Shown here: one piece after another, positions 29,310-38,397 of the stretch
Layout: the number at the start of each line of letters is the position of its first letter
Position numbering within the stretch: position 1 is the stretch's first letter
NCBI GenBank assembly: GCA_044226015.1
Contig: JBGAHS010000002.1
Location: 1 to 64,000, forward strand
Direction of reading: 5' to 3'
DNA from: Candidatus Obscuribacteraceae bacterium
Lineage (GTDB): Bacteria; Cyanobacteriota; Vampirovibrionia; Obscuribacterales; Obscuribacteraceae
Length of the DNA stretch: 64,000 bases
Translations under genes and position numbers: made by a program
Notes under the pieces: model-generated
What the model was told of the DNA's origin: nothing
The model's input: only the letters and a program-made list of their open reading frames with translations
Database searches by the model: none

Positions 29310-31004
29310 ATGAGCCATCACGAACGAAACAATTTGCATCACGAAATCGGCACTGGTGCTGCCCACGCCGTCTCACGCCTTGCCAGCGAAGCGCTTTCAT
29401 CTATGAGCGGACACATTAATTCCGACCGAGTTCAGCATTCCAACTATGTGCAGCCACTCAGCCTGGAGTCTAAACCACAGCTCTCTTTTGCCGGCATAAA
29501 CCCTAGATTAGGACTGAATGAATTAGCAAAAATTGGTGTGTTAAATGACCGAACTTTTCCAATACCACTAGATACAAAAAGTCGCATGGCGAATCTGAAT
29601 GCAGCCATCAAGGATGGATCAGTGCAGGTAATGCATCGCAATTCCGAACATATTCTACTTGCACCTAGCAGCAAAAACATCGCACCAGACCTGGTAATCA
29701 GACAGGACGGAACTGTAGATTTGCGCAACATCCCAAAAGAAGGACCATACGTAATTCAGTTTGAAGGCACGGACAAATCAAAGCTTACAACTGAACAGAA
29801 ACAAGCATCGCATGAAATTACACAGTGGCTTGAGCAACACAAAGAAGCAAAAGCAATCGAACAAGAGCAGGCTGCTGCCGCACAGGAGATGATACGAGAG
29901 ATAGGTAATCGCTTTGCGCAGCCCGGCAGCATGAGTTCGCAAGAAGCCTCCGACTATTTTCCGCGTCGTGACCAAAACAGCGTCATCAGACCAGAAACAA
30001 TCGATGAGTCATCTGTCATGGACATGTTGGCGCACATGTCCAATGCATCAAAGTCTTCCCCCTACGAATCAGTCAGAGCAACGGACAACGGCTATGCGCT
30101 TGGACGCTACGGCATGACGGCGTCAGTCTTCTGGGACTGGCTCAGCGGGCAGGAGGAATTCGCTGATCTCGGCACTCCACCAGACATGCGAAAACTCGCG
30201 GCTTTGATGGCCAAACTTGCTAAAGCAAAGAAGATTCCGGCTGCATTTGCCGAGAAATTCCAAAAGCCAGGGTTCAGCGAAAAGTTCTGTCAGTTCATGG
30301 ACAAAATGAATGATGGACAAACGCAGCCCAGCAAAGCCGAAATCGCAGAGTTTATGCCGAAGTCGATGCAAGAGGCTGTTATGGAAGGAGTAGTCGAGAA
30401 AGCTGCAAAACAAGGCACAGAGGCCTCTGTGCTGGCACTCGCAATGCATCTAGGCAAGCCCGTCTCAAAACTCAGTGCGCAAGAACTTAGCGAAAAAAAT
30501 AATCAAGCATACATGGAAGCATCAAACAAGGTTCTTGGATTAGCTCTTGCAAGCCACCAGGCGAACAAAAATGACACCATTCACTGGAACGGAAGCCAAT
30601 CAAATGGTGCTAAGCGAAACAGACAGGGAGATGATGAGAACCCGCATTCTGAGCTAGCTTTTCGCATTGCCAGTGCTGCAGAGAAGAACGCTAACAATGT
30701 TGGAACAGTTGGCTGGTGCTACAAAGAAGTCGCTAACACACTCGACAGATTTGGCGTTCACCTATACGGCGAATCAGCCTACATGGCAGCACCACAGCTA
30801 GCAAAGAACGATCACTTCAAAGAAGTTTCTGCCAATGGCGAGTTGAAACGCGGCACGGTTCTGGTCTTTGGACCATCACAAGACCACCCACACGGGCACA
30901 TCACTGTGTACCTGGGCAATGGCAGAGAGGCTAGCGACCACGTGCAGGGTCTCGTGAACTTCAAGGCGTATGGCGGAGTTCGTGCTTTTCAACCTACAGC
31001 TTAG
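29310..31004 (+). CDS. Multi-domain putative peptidoglycan hydrolase with C-terminal CHAP/NlpC-P60 domain (paralogue 1)
   Basis: GWCYKEVANTL...HPHGHITVYLGNGREASDH (Cys-His-Asp); central YALGRYGMT lysozyme-like segment. Confidence 0.75.
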   Translation: MSHHERNNLHHEIGTGAAHAVSRLASEALSSMSGHINSDRVQHSNYVQPLSLESKPQLSFAGINPRLGLNELAKIGVLNDRTFPIPLDTKSRMANLNAAIKDGSVQVMHRNSEHILLAPSSKNIAPDLVIRQDGTVDLRNIPKEGPYVIQFEGTDKSKLTTEQKQASHEITQWLEQHKEAKAIEQEQAAAAQEMIREIGNRFAQPGSMSSQEASDYFPRRDQNSVIRPETIDESSVMDMLAHMSNASKSSPYESVRATDNGYALGRYGMTASVFWDWLSGQEEFADLGTPPDMRKLAALMAKLAKAKKIPAAFAEKFQKPGFSEKFCQFMDKMNDGQTQPSKAEIAEFMPKSMQEAVMEGVVEKAAKQGTEASVLALAMHLGKPVSKLSAQELSEKNNQAYMEASNKVLGLALASHQANKNDTIHWNGSQSNGAKRNRQGDDENPHSELAFRIASAAEKNANNVGTVGWCYKEVANTLDRFGVHLYGESAYMAAPQLAKNDHFKEVSANGELKRGTVLVFGPSQDHPHGHITVYLGNGREASDHVQGLVNFKAYGGVRAFQPTA

Positions 31005-31047
31005 GTCGACCTATCAATATATAGGAAGGCTCATCACGAGTCGAAAT

Positions 31048-31071
31048 CGAGCTGTGCGATCGCACAGCTCG
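31048..31071. repeat. Perfect 24-bp palindrome CGAGCTGTGCGATCGCACAGCTCG followed by an imperfect second hairpin
   Basis: Self-complementary by inspection; the core is GCGATCGC. Confidence 0.9.
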
Positions 31072-31316
31072 TTGTGCTAACTTGCACAGCTACTCAAGTT
31101 ACCAATAAACGAAGAAGCTCTGCAAGAGCCTGGGCCGCAATAAGAACGAGGAAAGTCTCCTGCGGTCTGCTTTTTGCAGCCATGATTAAAAACACTGCTT
31201 TCTAATCAATTTAGTGGTGATTCTACGTAGGCTCTGGCCTTACGTAAAATTAGTCTTAGCCTTATTATCTTTTCCATCAGGGGCTACAAAGCTATTCGGG
31301 AGTTGGAAAACAGTTA

Positions 31317-33458
31317 ATGTCGCAAGGCAAAACCCACCATCATCTGGGAGATAGTGGAACCGCCAGCAGCCATCACAGGGCTGAAGCTGGTGGGCATCAT
31401 GAATCTCATAATTCACAAACTTTTCGTGCACTTCATCATGAAGCTACGGGATCACTTGCAGGTCCAGCAGGACACCGCAACGCTTCCCCCTTCGCTAATG
31501 GCGAGCACGCAGAGAATGCACACCTTTCCATTCCCGCTGGAAAAGGCGCTGAATCACACAACATCTCAGCGCACCACACGGCAGCTAGATCAGAATCACA
31601 TGCTTCAAGAGCAGAAGCGAAAGGCTCTCCAGAGGCAGGCGTCAAACATCTAGATTTTGCTGGCATACCTACTCTGACAATTTCGCATGATCGTCAACGT
31701 CGCAACGACGACCTTGCAACTCTCATTCCAAACCATCTTCTAACCCTGGCTGGAGACAAGCGTCCAGTTGTGACCCGCGTCTCACAAGAAGACGATGGAA
31801 ATTCGGGCAAGGAAGTTAAGGTATCACCGGTAGTTGCACAATTTGACAGCAGCAAAAAAATCGCCGAAATGAGCAACAACGGTGCTATCGTTGACCGCAC
31901 TTCTGCAGTCACCGATCAATCCGAAAAAGCCCGACTTGCACCAGGCGAAACACCAACTATCAAAGTCTCTTACAACAACGACAGCACCACTGGCAAGCCA
32001 GATTTCTTGATCAAGAAAGACGGTACTGTTGAAATGTTTAGCAACCCGCAGCAAACAAATCAAAAAGAAATCGTTGTTCAATTCGAGAAAGACGGACAAA
32101 ATTTTGATCTCACCGATGCACAAAAAGCAGCCGGCGCGAAATTCTATGACTACCTGCAAAGCCAGTTGAAAGCTCAGTTCCCACAGGCAGCAGCTGACGC
32201 TTTCAAAGTCGAAGATCAACAAAACTTGCTTCGTTCAACAGACATTCCAAAGGAAGTCAAACAAAATCTGGACAGCAAAGCTGGAGTAAATCCAAGTTCC
32301 GGACTGCCAGAAAATGCTGGACCAACAATTAGAGACACAAATAGAATCAGCCGTGGTGGCGCAACTTCTGATGTAAGACGCAGTGATGTCAACGAGATGA
32401 CACCACCGGCACAAAGAATTCCAAACGAAGCAGACCGCATGGCTGCGATGAAGGACACCGTTGCAAGCTACGTCACTCGTGGTGAAGCAAAACCATACGA
32501 GCATGTCTCTAAGCGCGGTGAGCGCGGCTGGGGTGTTGGTCGTTATGGCATGGACTACAAGCAAGTTTCTAACTGGCTTTCAGGACTAACTGACGAACAA
32601 ATTCAAGAACTTATCAAACAAGGTAAGCTCAGTCCACAAGCAGCTGAGAAGCTGCAAAAGATGAGAGACTCTATTTTGAAGGCAAAAGCAAGCGGTAAGG
32701 ACACTGACTTGCATCCATTCCTGAAACAAATGAAGGATGGAACCGGCACAGCTGAAGAAATGAAGGCTGGCGTAAAAGAATTCCTTCCAGATAAAGTACA
32801 GGAACTTGCGGCAAGCGATCAAATCGCGAAGATCTCCGGTGAACTCTCTGCAGATCAAATCAAACGTGGAGAAAAACCAAGTGTAGACCCTGGTCAAGTT
32901 GCCTTGTCTTTCGTGCTCGGACGCAACGTCGGCAAGGAAGAATTCGAAGGAAACCCGGACTACAAACAATTCGTTGAAAGCGCACGTCAGGCGTATCGCC
33001 TGCAAGAACAAGCACGCTTACAGTCAGGCGACATCATCAATGTAGAGAACATGAGCCAGGTTGGCCAGGCTCTCAACAAGATGGTCGGAATGCAGTTCTG
33101 GAGAGAAGCAGCAGGTGCGACCGAATACGGAAACAAGGGTTGCGCAATCGCTGTTACTCGCGCTCTTCAAAGCATGGGCGTAAAAATCGGAACACACCTC
33201 GATGTTACTGGTACGGCTCAAGACATGCGCCAGCGTGGCTGGAAAGAAGTGTCGGTTGCCGAGGCAATTCGCAGCGGGCAGCTCTATGTACCGGTAAACA
33301 AAGAAACCGGAAGCCATATCGGTCTCGGCATCGGCAGACAGATCTGGGAAAACAGCTCATCGCAACGTCAGTTTGTCACTCGCGATGTAAGTGCTTCAAC
33401 CCTGCGCCACAGTGGCAGAGCATTCATCGTGCCGATAGCTGAAACAAACAAAACTTAG
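31317..33458 (+). CDS. Multi-domain putative peptidoglycan hydrolase with a different NlpC/P60-type C-terminus (paralogue 2)
   Basis: Shares PD(L/F)xIxxDGTV, LTxxQK, PYExV, GRYGM and PxxxQE blocks with 29310-31004; C-terminus GNKGCAIAVTRAL...SHIGLG...WENSSS. Confidence 0.72.
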   Translation: MSQGKTHHHLGDSGTASSHHRAEAGGHHESHNSQTFRALHHEATGSLAGPAGHRNASPFANGEHAENAHLSIPAGKGAESHNISAHHTAARSESHASRAEAKGSPEAGVKHLDFAGIPTLTISHDRQRRNDDLATLIPNHLLTLAGDKRPVVTRVSQEDDGNSGKEVKVSPVVAQFDSSKKIAEMSNNGAIVDRTSAVTDQSEKARLAPGETPTIKVSYNNDSTTGKPDFLIKKDGTVEMFSNPQQTNQKEIVVQFEKDGQNFDLTDAQKAAGAKFYDYLQSQLKAQFPQAAADAFKVEDQQNLLRSTDIPKEVKQNLDSKAGVNPSSGLPENAGPTIRDTNRISRGGATSDVRRSDVNEMTPPAQRIPNEADRMAAMKDTVASYVTRGEAKPYEHVSKRGERGWGVGRYGMDYKQVSNWLSGLTDEQIQELIKQGKLSPQAAEKLQKMRDSILKAKASGKDTDLHPFLKQMKDGTGTAEEMKAGVKEFLPDKVQELAASDQIAKISGELSADQIKRGEKPSVDPGQVALSFVLGRNVGKEEFEGNPDYKQFVESARQAYRLQEQARLQSGDIINVENMSQVGQALNKMVGMQFWREAAGATEYGNKGCAIAVTRALQSMGVKIGTHLDVTGTAQDMRQRGWKEVSVAEAIRSGQLYVPVNKETGSHIGLGIGRQIWENSSSQRQFVTRDVSASTLRHSGRAFIVPIAETNKT

Positions 33459-33496
33459 TTCAGTATTGAGGCGCAAGCTTGCGCTGCTAATTAGTC

Positions 33497-33531
33497 AAAA
33501 AAAATCGCGACCCTCTCGGATCGCGATTTTT
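33497..33531. terminator. Bidirectional intrinsic terminator between convergent genes
   Basis: A-run, TCGCGA, 10-nt loop, TCGCGA, T-run. Confidence 0.75.
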
Positions 33532-33555
33532 GAATTTTTCGGCGGCTTGCTTACC

Positions 33556-36315
33556 TTATTTTGCAGCAGCTTCTGCTGCCGGTGCATTGTCCAAGGTCTC
33601 CATCTTGAAGCCTGGAAGGATTCCACTTGTGGTGAGCAGATTCTCGCGTATTTTGCGAATGTCTGCACTCTTCAATGAAACATCTCTGTAGATGGTCAAA
33701 AGTTGCATACAGGTGAACAGGCAGAGATTCTTTCTCTTTGCGAACTCACCCATCGATCCGGGGAAGTCTTCATCAGTTCGTTCTTTCGGAGCTCTGTCTG
33801 CAAAAGTGCTAGCAACAAGTATGCCCTTAGGTTCAACGTCATACTTGCCCCAGTAGGTGATGACAGACTCAGCAAGCTCAGCCAGTTCAGAACGATTTGG
33901 TTGAGTCTGCGAGAACACAACTCTAACAATTGCCTGGGTCTTGTCTCCATCACTGAGCCAGACTTCACCAGCACTGGTCTCTGAAATTTTCACAGTCCAG
34001 CCAAGAGCTTCGAATACCTTGCAGCAGGCCTGCGTCAATCTGACGCCAGACAGCGAGAGCAGAGCATCTTTCAACTCACCCAAATTCTGGATGCGATCTT
34101 CTACGTCATTGATTTTTTGTTTTGCTCGGCGCACTTGTTCGTTGAGATCGGTCAACTCAACATGCAATTGCTTGAGTTCGCTGAAGGACACCTTTTGGCA
34201 CCAATCTGGTACGCCAGGACTGCTTATTTCTTGCTCCAATCTCGACATCAGGTCTTTCGCCTCCGGATAATTTGAATCACTTCTGGTTAAATCGCGCTCT
34301 CTCTGCTCTTCGCGCGCTTTCTTTCGAGCTTCCTCTTCTTCTTTGAGTCTCTCAAGCTCTCTCTTCATCTCGCGAGCTTTTTCGCGCTCACGGTCTTCTT
34401 CATAGGCCTTTTCACGCTCGCGCTCTTCCCGCTCTCGGCTAACTTTGCGTTCTTCTTCATCAATACGATCACGCTCACGCTGACGTTCTGCTTCTCTAGT
34501 ACGTTCAGCTTCACGTTCGCGTTCTTCCTCTTCAGCTTTAGCACGGTCGCGCTCTCGTTGACGGTCTTCGCGTTCGCGTTCGAGTGCACGCTCTTCGTCC
34601 CGTAAACGCTCCTTCTCTTCTTCTCTTGCTCTTTCTTCCTTCTCTTTCTCCTCCTTCTCGCGTTGACGAGCAGCTTCCTCTTCTCTTTCTCGAGCTTCTT
34701 TTTCCTCACGCTCTTTTTCGCGTGCACGCTCTTCTTCACGAGCTTTTTCTTCTTCGCGTTTGCGAGATTCTTCTTTGGCAAGCTCTTCTTGACGCTCTGT
34801 TTCTTCCCGCTCTTTGCGTTCTTTTTCGCGTGCTTCTTCTTGCTCACGCTCTTTAGCACGCTCTTCCTCGCGCGTCTTCTCTTCTTCTCGAGCCTTCTCT
34901 TCTTCGCGTTCTTTGCGCTCTTTATCTTTGGCTTTGGCTTCTTCTTCCTCGCGAGCTTTCTCTTCTTCTCGAGCTTTCTCTTCTGCACGAGACTTCTCTT
35001 CTGCACGAGACTTCTCTTCTTCGCGTGCCTTCTCTTCTTCGCGAGACTTCTCTTCTTCGCGTGCCTTTTCTTCCTCGCGCGCCTTTTCTTCCTCGCGCGC
35101 CTTACCCTCACGCGCTTTTTCTTCTTCGCGAGCTTTTTCTCGTTCCTTTTCCTTTTCTTTCTCACGTTCTTTAGCGAACGGAGGAACATCATCTTCTAAC
35201 TCTGGCCAATCGAGAGTGCTCTTCTTCTTTTCACTAACTGTCTGCGGCGATGGCTCGTCAAACAACTTGTTATCATCAAACAATTTATCAGCATCAATCA
35301 ACTTCTTGTTCGAGGCTGGCTCATCAAACAAGTCGTTGTTCTTTGATTCTGCTTTAGCACCGCCGCCTCCAGGGGCGAACAATGCATCAAGGGCGTCAAA
35401 ATCAGATACTCCAGAAGCAGCAGGTTTGTCGTAAGGCACATTCTTTTTCGATGAGTCAGAATCATCAGCGAAGAGATCATCAAGCAAATCTTTTCCTTCG
35501 ATGTCCGGCTCATTATCAGCATCTTTGCCTGCATCAGCTTTTTCTGGTTCCTTAGCAGCTTCTTTTGCTGGCGCTTCATCAACGATTTCTTCATCAGCTT
35601 TATCAGCGTCAGGACCCGTTCTCAGCTCTTGCCACTTGAGTATGCAATCTTTTAGAAGATCATCAGATTTGGTGTCATAAGGTGCCGGCAAAAATACCAC
35701 CTGTCCGCGTTTCGGTCCAGATGATTTGACAGCAGCAACAACTTTATCATCAGCCAGAGCTATGGCTGCATATCCATCACTGAGCTGATCTTTCTTGATA
35801 TAGGTACTCGACTCGTGTCCGTACTGTTCAAGATATGATGCGAACACATTACGCTTGCCTCTACCTGTAAGGCTTGCATTTTTAGTAGCTGAATTGTTAA
35901 TAACTCGCTCGTTGCCATCGCCTTTATCTGGGCAACATTCATAAAGCCAGAGATAATTGTCCATCGACAACGAAGCACCACCCACGGTGAATGGTGGCGC
36001 CAGGAAGAAAACCAATAGTCCACCTTTGGAGAGAAACTGTCTTAGCTCATGTTCTCTCAATTCCAATTCAGCACTAATAGATTCCAGGGTTGAGTCAGAA
36101 TCTAATTTGAGATTGTTTGCACCATCGCCAATGAGCTTATCTACCTGTTTTGCAGTGTCAGACTTTGGCTCAAACAAATGGATGATACTTGTCGGATTGA
36201 TGACAATTACATCGTACATCGCAAGGGGTTTTGCCTCCCCTAACGGAAGTGTCGATGAAACTCCCCAACCCGGGCAGTTAACCCTAAGAACCTTGTCAGC
36301 AGCTAAGTTACTCAT
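33556..36315 (-). CDS. Hypothetical protein: N-terminal alpha/beta domain, acidic linker, very long ER/K helix, C-terminal restriction-endonuclease-like domain
   Basis: Probable start MSNLAADK at 36315 (the track's 36486 start lies in a terminator tail); C-terminus KVFEALGWTV...PKGILVAS...AKRKNLCLFT. Confidence 0.75.
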   Translation of the reverse strand: MSNLAADKVLRVNCPGWGVSSTLPLGEAKPLAMYDVIVINPTSIIHLFEPKSDTAKQVDKLIGDGANNLKLDSDSTLESISAELELREHELRQFLSKGGLLVFFLAPPFTVGGASLSMDNYLWLYECCPDKGDGNERVINNSATKNASLTGRGKRNVFASYLEQYGHESSTYIKKDQLSDGYAAIALADDKVVAAVKSSGPKRGQVVFLPAPYDTKSDDLLKDCILKWQELRTGPDADKADEEIVDEAPAKEAAKEPEKADAGKDADNEPDIEGKDLLDDLFADDSDSSKKNVPYDKPAASGVSDFDALDALFAPGGGGAKAESKNNDLFDEPASNKKLIDADKLFDDNKLFDEPSPQTVSEKKKSTLDWPELEDDVPPFAKEREKEKEKEREKAREEEKAREGKAREEEKAREEEKAREEEKSREEEKAREEEKSRAEEKSRAEEKAREEEKAREEEEAKAKDKERKEREEEKAREEEKTREEERAKEREQEEAREKERKEREETERQEELAKEESRKREEEKAREEERAREKEREEKEAREREEEAARQREKEEKEKEERAREEEKERLRDEERALEREREDRQRERDRAKAEEEEREREAERTREAERQRERDRIDEEERKVSREREEREREKAYEEDREREKAREMKRELERLKEEEEARKKAREEQRERDLTRSDSNYPEAKDLMSRLEQEISSPGVPDWCQKVSFSELKQLHVELTDLNEQVRRAKQKINDVEDRIQNLGELKDALLSLSGVRLTQACCKVFEALGWTVKISETSAGEVWLSDGDKTQAIVRVVFSQTQPNRSELAELAESVITYWGKYDVEPKGILVASTFADRAPKERTDEDFPGSMGEFAKRKNLCLFTCMQLLTIYRDVSLKSADIRKIRENLLTTSGILPGFKMETLDNAPAAEAAAK
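34940..35140 (-). repeat. 18-bp coding tandem repeat (EEEKAR/AEEKSR), about 11 copies, within the ER/K-rich region
   Basis: EKAREEEKAREGKAREEEKAREEEKAREEEKSR... in translation. Confidence 0.8.
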
Positions 36316-36478
36316 AAATCCTATCCTTCGTTCAACCCTCGGAGCGGATAAACAACGCCCATCCATTGAGAGATATACCCAATGACAATTGAGCATCTCG
36401 CTTATTTGGACAATTAGATTAAATTTTGGGTTATCAAGAGGATCCTGAGCCCAGCTTGCTGACTTTGGCAGTCGCATT

Positions 36479-36515
36479 AAAAACAAAAAGAGACGTAGCC
36501 CTTCCGAACTACGTC
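36479..36515 (-). terminator. Intrinsic terminator of gene 36574-36978
   Basis: Minus strand reads GACGTAG, 10-nt loop, CTACGTC, then TCTTTTTGTTTTT. Confidence 0.6.
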
Positions 36516-36573
36516 ACTAATTTCTATTCAGATGCCTACTTATTGATCCAACAAGAGCAATTAATAAGAACCC

Positions 36574-36978
36574 TTATTTATCAGCATCGATTTCAGCGAG
36601 ACTGAAAGAAGCCTGGCTGAATGGTTTGTCCAAGCCGTGAACTAAAGCGTTCTTCGGACCGTAGTAAAGACCTTCACCGACTCCAACTATTGTTCCAAAT
36701 GGAACTGATGCAATGCTAGCGAACAAGTTTGGTGGAAAATCTTCTTTGCCACCAATGTTGTCAGCGAATGTTCCTGTGAACTCACGAATGCGAACTGCAA
36801 CTTGTCTGGTTACTGCAATTGGAGTTCCAACAACCGCTGCGCTACCGATTGCTACTGCTTTCAAAGGAAACATAGCTGTATTTTTAGCCATGTCGTTAAC
36901 GCTGTCAGCTTGAGCTGGCAGAGCTGCAAAAGCGCTTATTAATAAACTAGCAGCCAATATTGCTTTTTGATTCTTCAC
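36574..36978 (-). CDS. Small secreted or membrane hypothetical protein
   Basis: Signal peptide ...LPAQA-D; GGAGG RBS; Gly-rich hydrophobic helices. Confidence 0.75.
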   Translation of the reverse strand: MKNQKAILAASLLISAFAALPAQADSVNDMAKNTAMFPLKAVAIGSAAVVGTPIAVTRQVAVRIREFTGTFADNIGGKEDFPPNLFASIASVPFGTIVGVGEGLYYGPKNALVHGLDKPFSQASFSLAEIDADK

Positions 36979-37172
36979 TTCAAGACCTCCAAGTCCCTTG
37001 CCTGAGCTAAATGTTTCAAAGAGTGATATTTAGTAAAACCGCACACCTTCTGATAAAAAGGGGCTTGCATATCAAAACCGAAGTCATATTAGCACCGCAT
37101 CACAAGATACACAAACGAGAATTCCGGTAAAATCAAAAAAATAGACGAGAGTCCCAGTTTTAGGACACAGAG

Positions 37173-38378
37173 ATGTTAAAGCCAGGTTCAAATTATCACC
37201 GCAAGGGATTCGGGCTCAAGGATTCCATTAAGGAAGAATTGAGTAGGGAGTATGAGTCTGAACTCATCAGCTATATCAGACAGAACAACAACGAAGTAAA
37301 GAGGGGTGAGCTCACAATTCGCCTTGCCCAAGCATTCGGATTCTGCTGGGGAGTTGATAGAGCCGTTTCCATGGCATATGAAACTCGCAAGCAATTCCCT
37401 CAGCACAGCATTTGGATTACAAATGAAATCATTCACAATCCACTGGTGAATGAGAATCTACGTCGAATGAATATTCGTTTCATCGATCAAGACAGTGATG
37501 GTAAAAAAGATTTCTCGGAAATTAAAGAGGGTGACGTAGTTCTTCTTCCAGCTTTTGGGGCGTCCGTTCAAGAACTCGATCTGCTAGCTGCGATGAATTG
37601 CCAAATTGTGGACACTACCTGTCCCTGGGTTTCCCGAGTTTGGAACAGAGTTGATAAGTACAAACGCTCAGATTTCACAAGCATTATTCACGGCAAATAC
37701 AAGCACGAGGAAACAATCGCAACTTCCTCCAGAGCCGAACACTACCTCATAGTTCAAGACCTTGCAGAAGCGAAATGGGTAAGCAACTTCATCCTGAACA
37801 GCGGCTCTAGCGAAGCATTTCTCAGCAAATTCAAAAGCGCAGTTTCAAAAGGATTCGATCCCGAAAAGCATCTTGCCAGACTTGGCGTAGCAAACCAGAC
37901 TACGATGCTGAAAGGCGAGACTGAACAAATCGGCAAATTGATTGAACAGACGATGCTGAAAAAATATGGCGCCGCCAAATTAGCAGAACATTTTCTCAGC
38001 CCGGGCGATACCATATGTGATGCCACACAAGAGCGCCAGGATGCCATGCAACAGCTAATTGCTGATGACCTGAACCTTTATGTGATAATTGGCGGATACA
38101 ACTCTTCCAACACTGGTCACTTGCACGAAATGACCATTGCAAGCGGAAAGCCATCGTTTCACATTGATGGTCCAGATTGCATTTTGCCTGATAACACTAT
38201 TCGCCATAAACATGCACACAGCTCTGAAGAGAGCGTAAGCCCTTTTCTTCCAACGGAAGGACAACTGCTCATCGGTGTCAGCGCTGGCGCGTCAACGCCA
38301 GATCAGGTAGTGGCAGAAGTGATAGAAAGAATCTTTGCACTGCGCAAAGACAGTGTTGAAGCAACGAACGTTCAATAA
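37173..38378 (+). CDS. ispH: 4-hydroxy-3-methylbut-2-enyl diphosphate reductase (long cyanobacterial type)
   Basis: AFGFCWGVDRA, EIIHNP, DTTCPWV, HEET, NQTTM, TICDATQERQ, GGYNSSNT, SAGASTPD. Confidence 0.97.
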   Translation: MLKPGSNYHRKGFGLKDSIKEELSREYESELISYIRQNNNEVKRGELTIRLAQAFGFCWGVDRAVSMAYETRKQFPQHSIWITNEIIHNPLVNENLRRMNIRFIDQDSDGKKDFSEIKEGDVVLLPAFGASVQELDLLAAMNCQIVDTTCPWVSRVWNRVDKYKRSDFTSIIHGKYKHEETIATSSRAEHYLIVQDLAEAKWVSNFILNSGSSEAFLSKFKSAVSKGFDPEKHLARLGVANQTTMLKGETEQIGKLIEQTMLKKYGAAKLAEHFLSPGDTICDATQERQDAMQQLIADDLNLYVIIGGYNSSNTGHLHEMTIASGKPSFHIDGPDCILPDNTIRHKHAHSSEESVSPFLPTEGQLLIGVSAGASTPDQVVAEVIERIFALRKDSVEATNVQ

Positions 38379-38397
38379 AAGGGAATGGAGCGCGCGA

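Noticed and set aside
34365..35434. K/R-rich, F/L-rich and S/R-rich ORFs in alternative frames
   Set aside because: Alternative-frame and antisense artefacts of the ER/K tract.
36316..36486. N-terminal extension of the 976-aa ORF, and similar long starts for 15659, 10082, 38335, 50071, 51878 and 53632 ORFs
   Set aside because: Extensions overlap terminators or neighbouring genes, or lack an RBS; downstream starts fit better.
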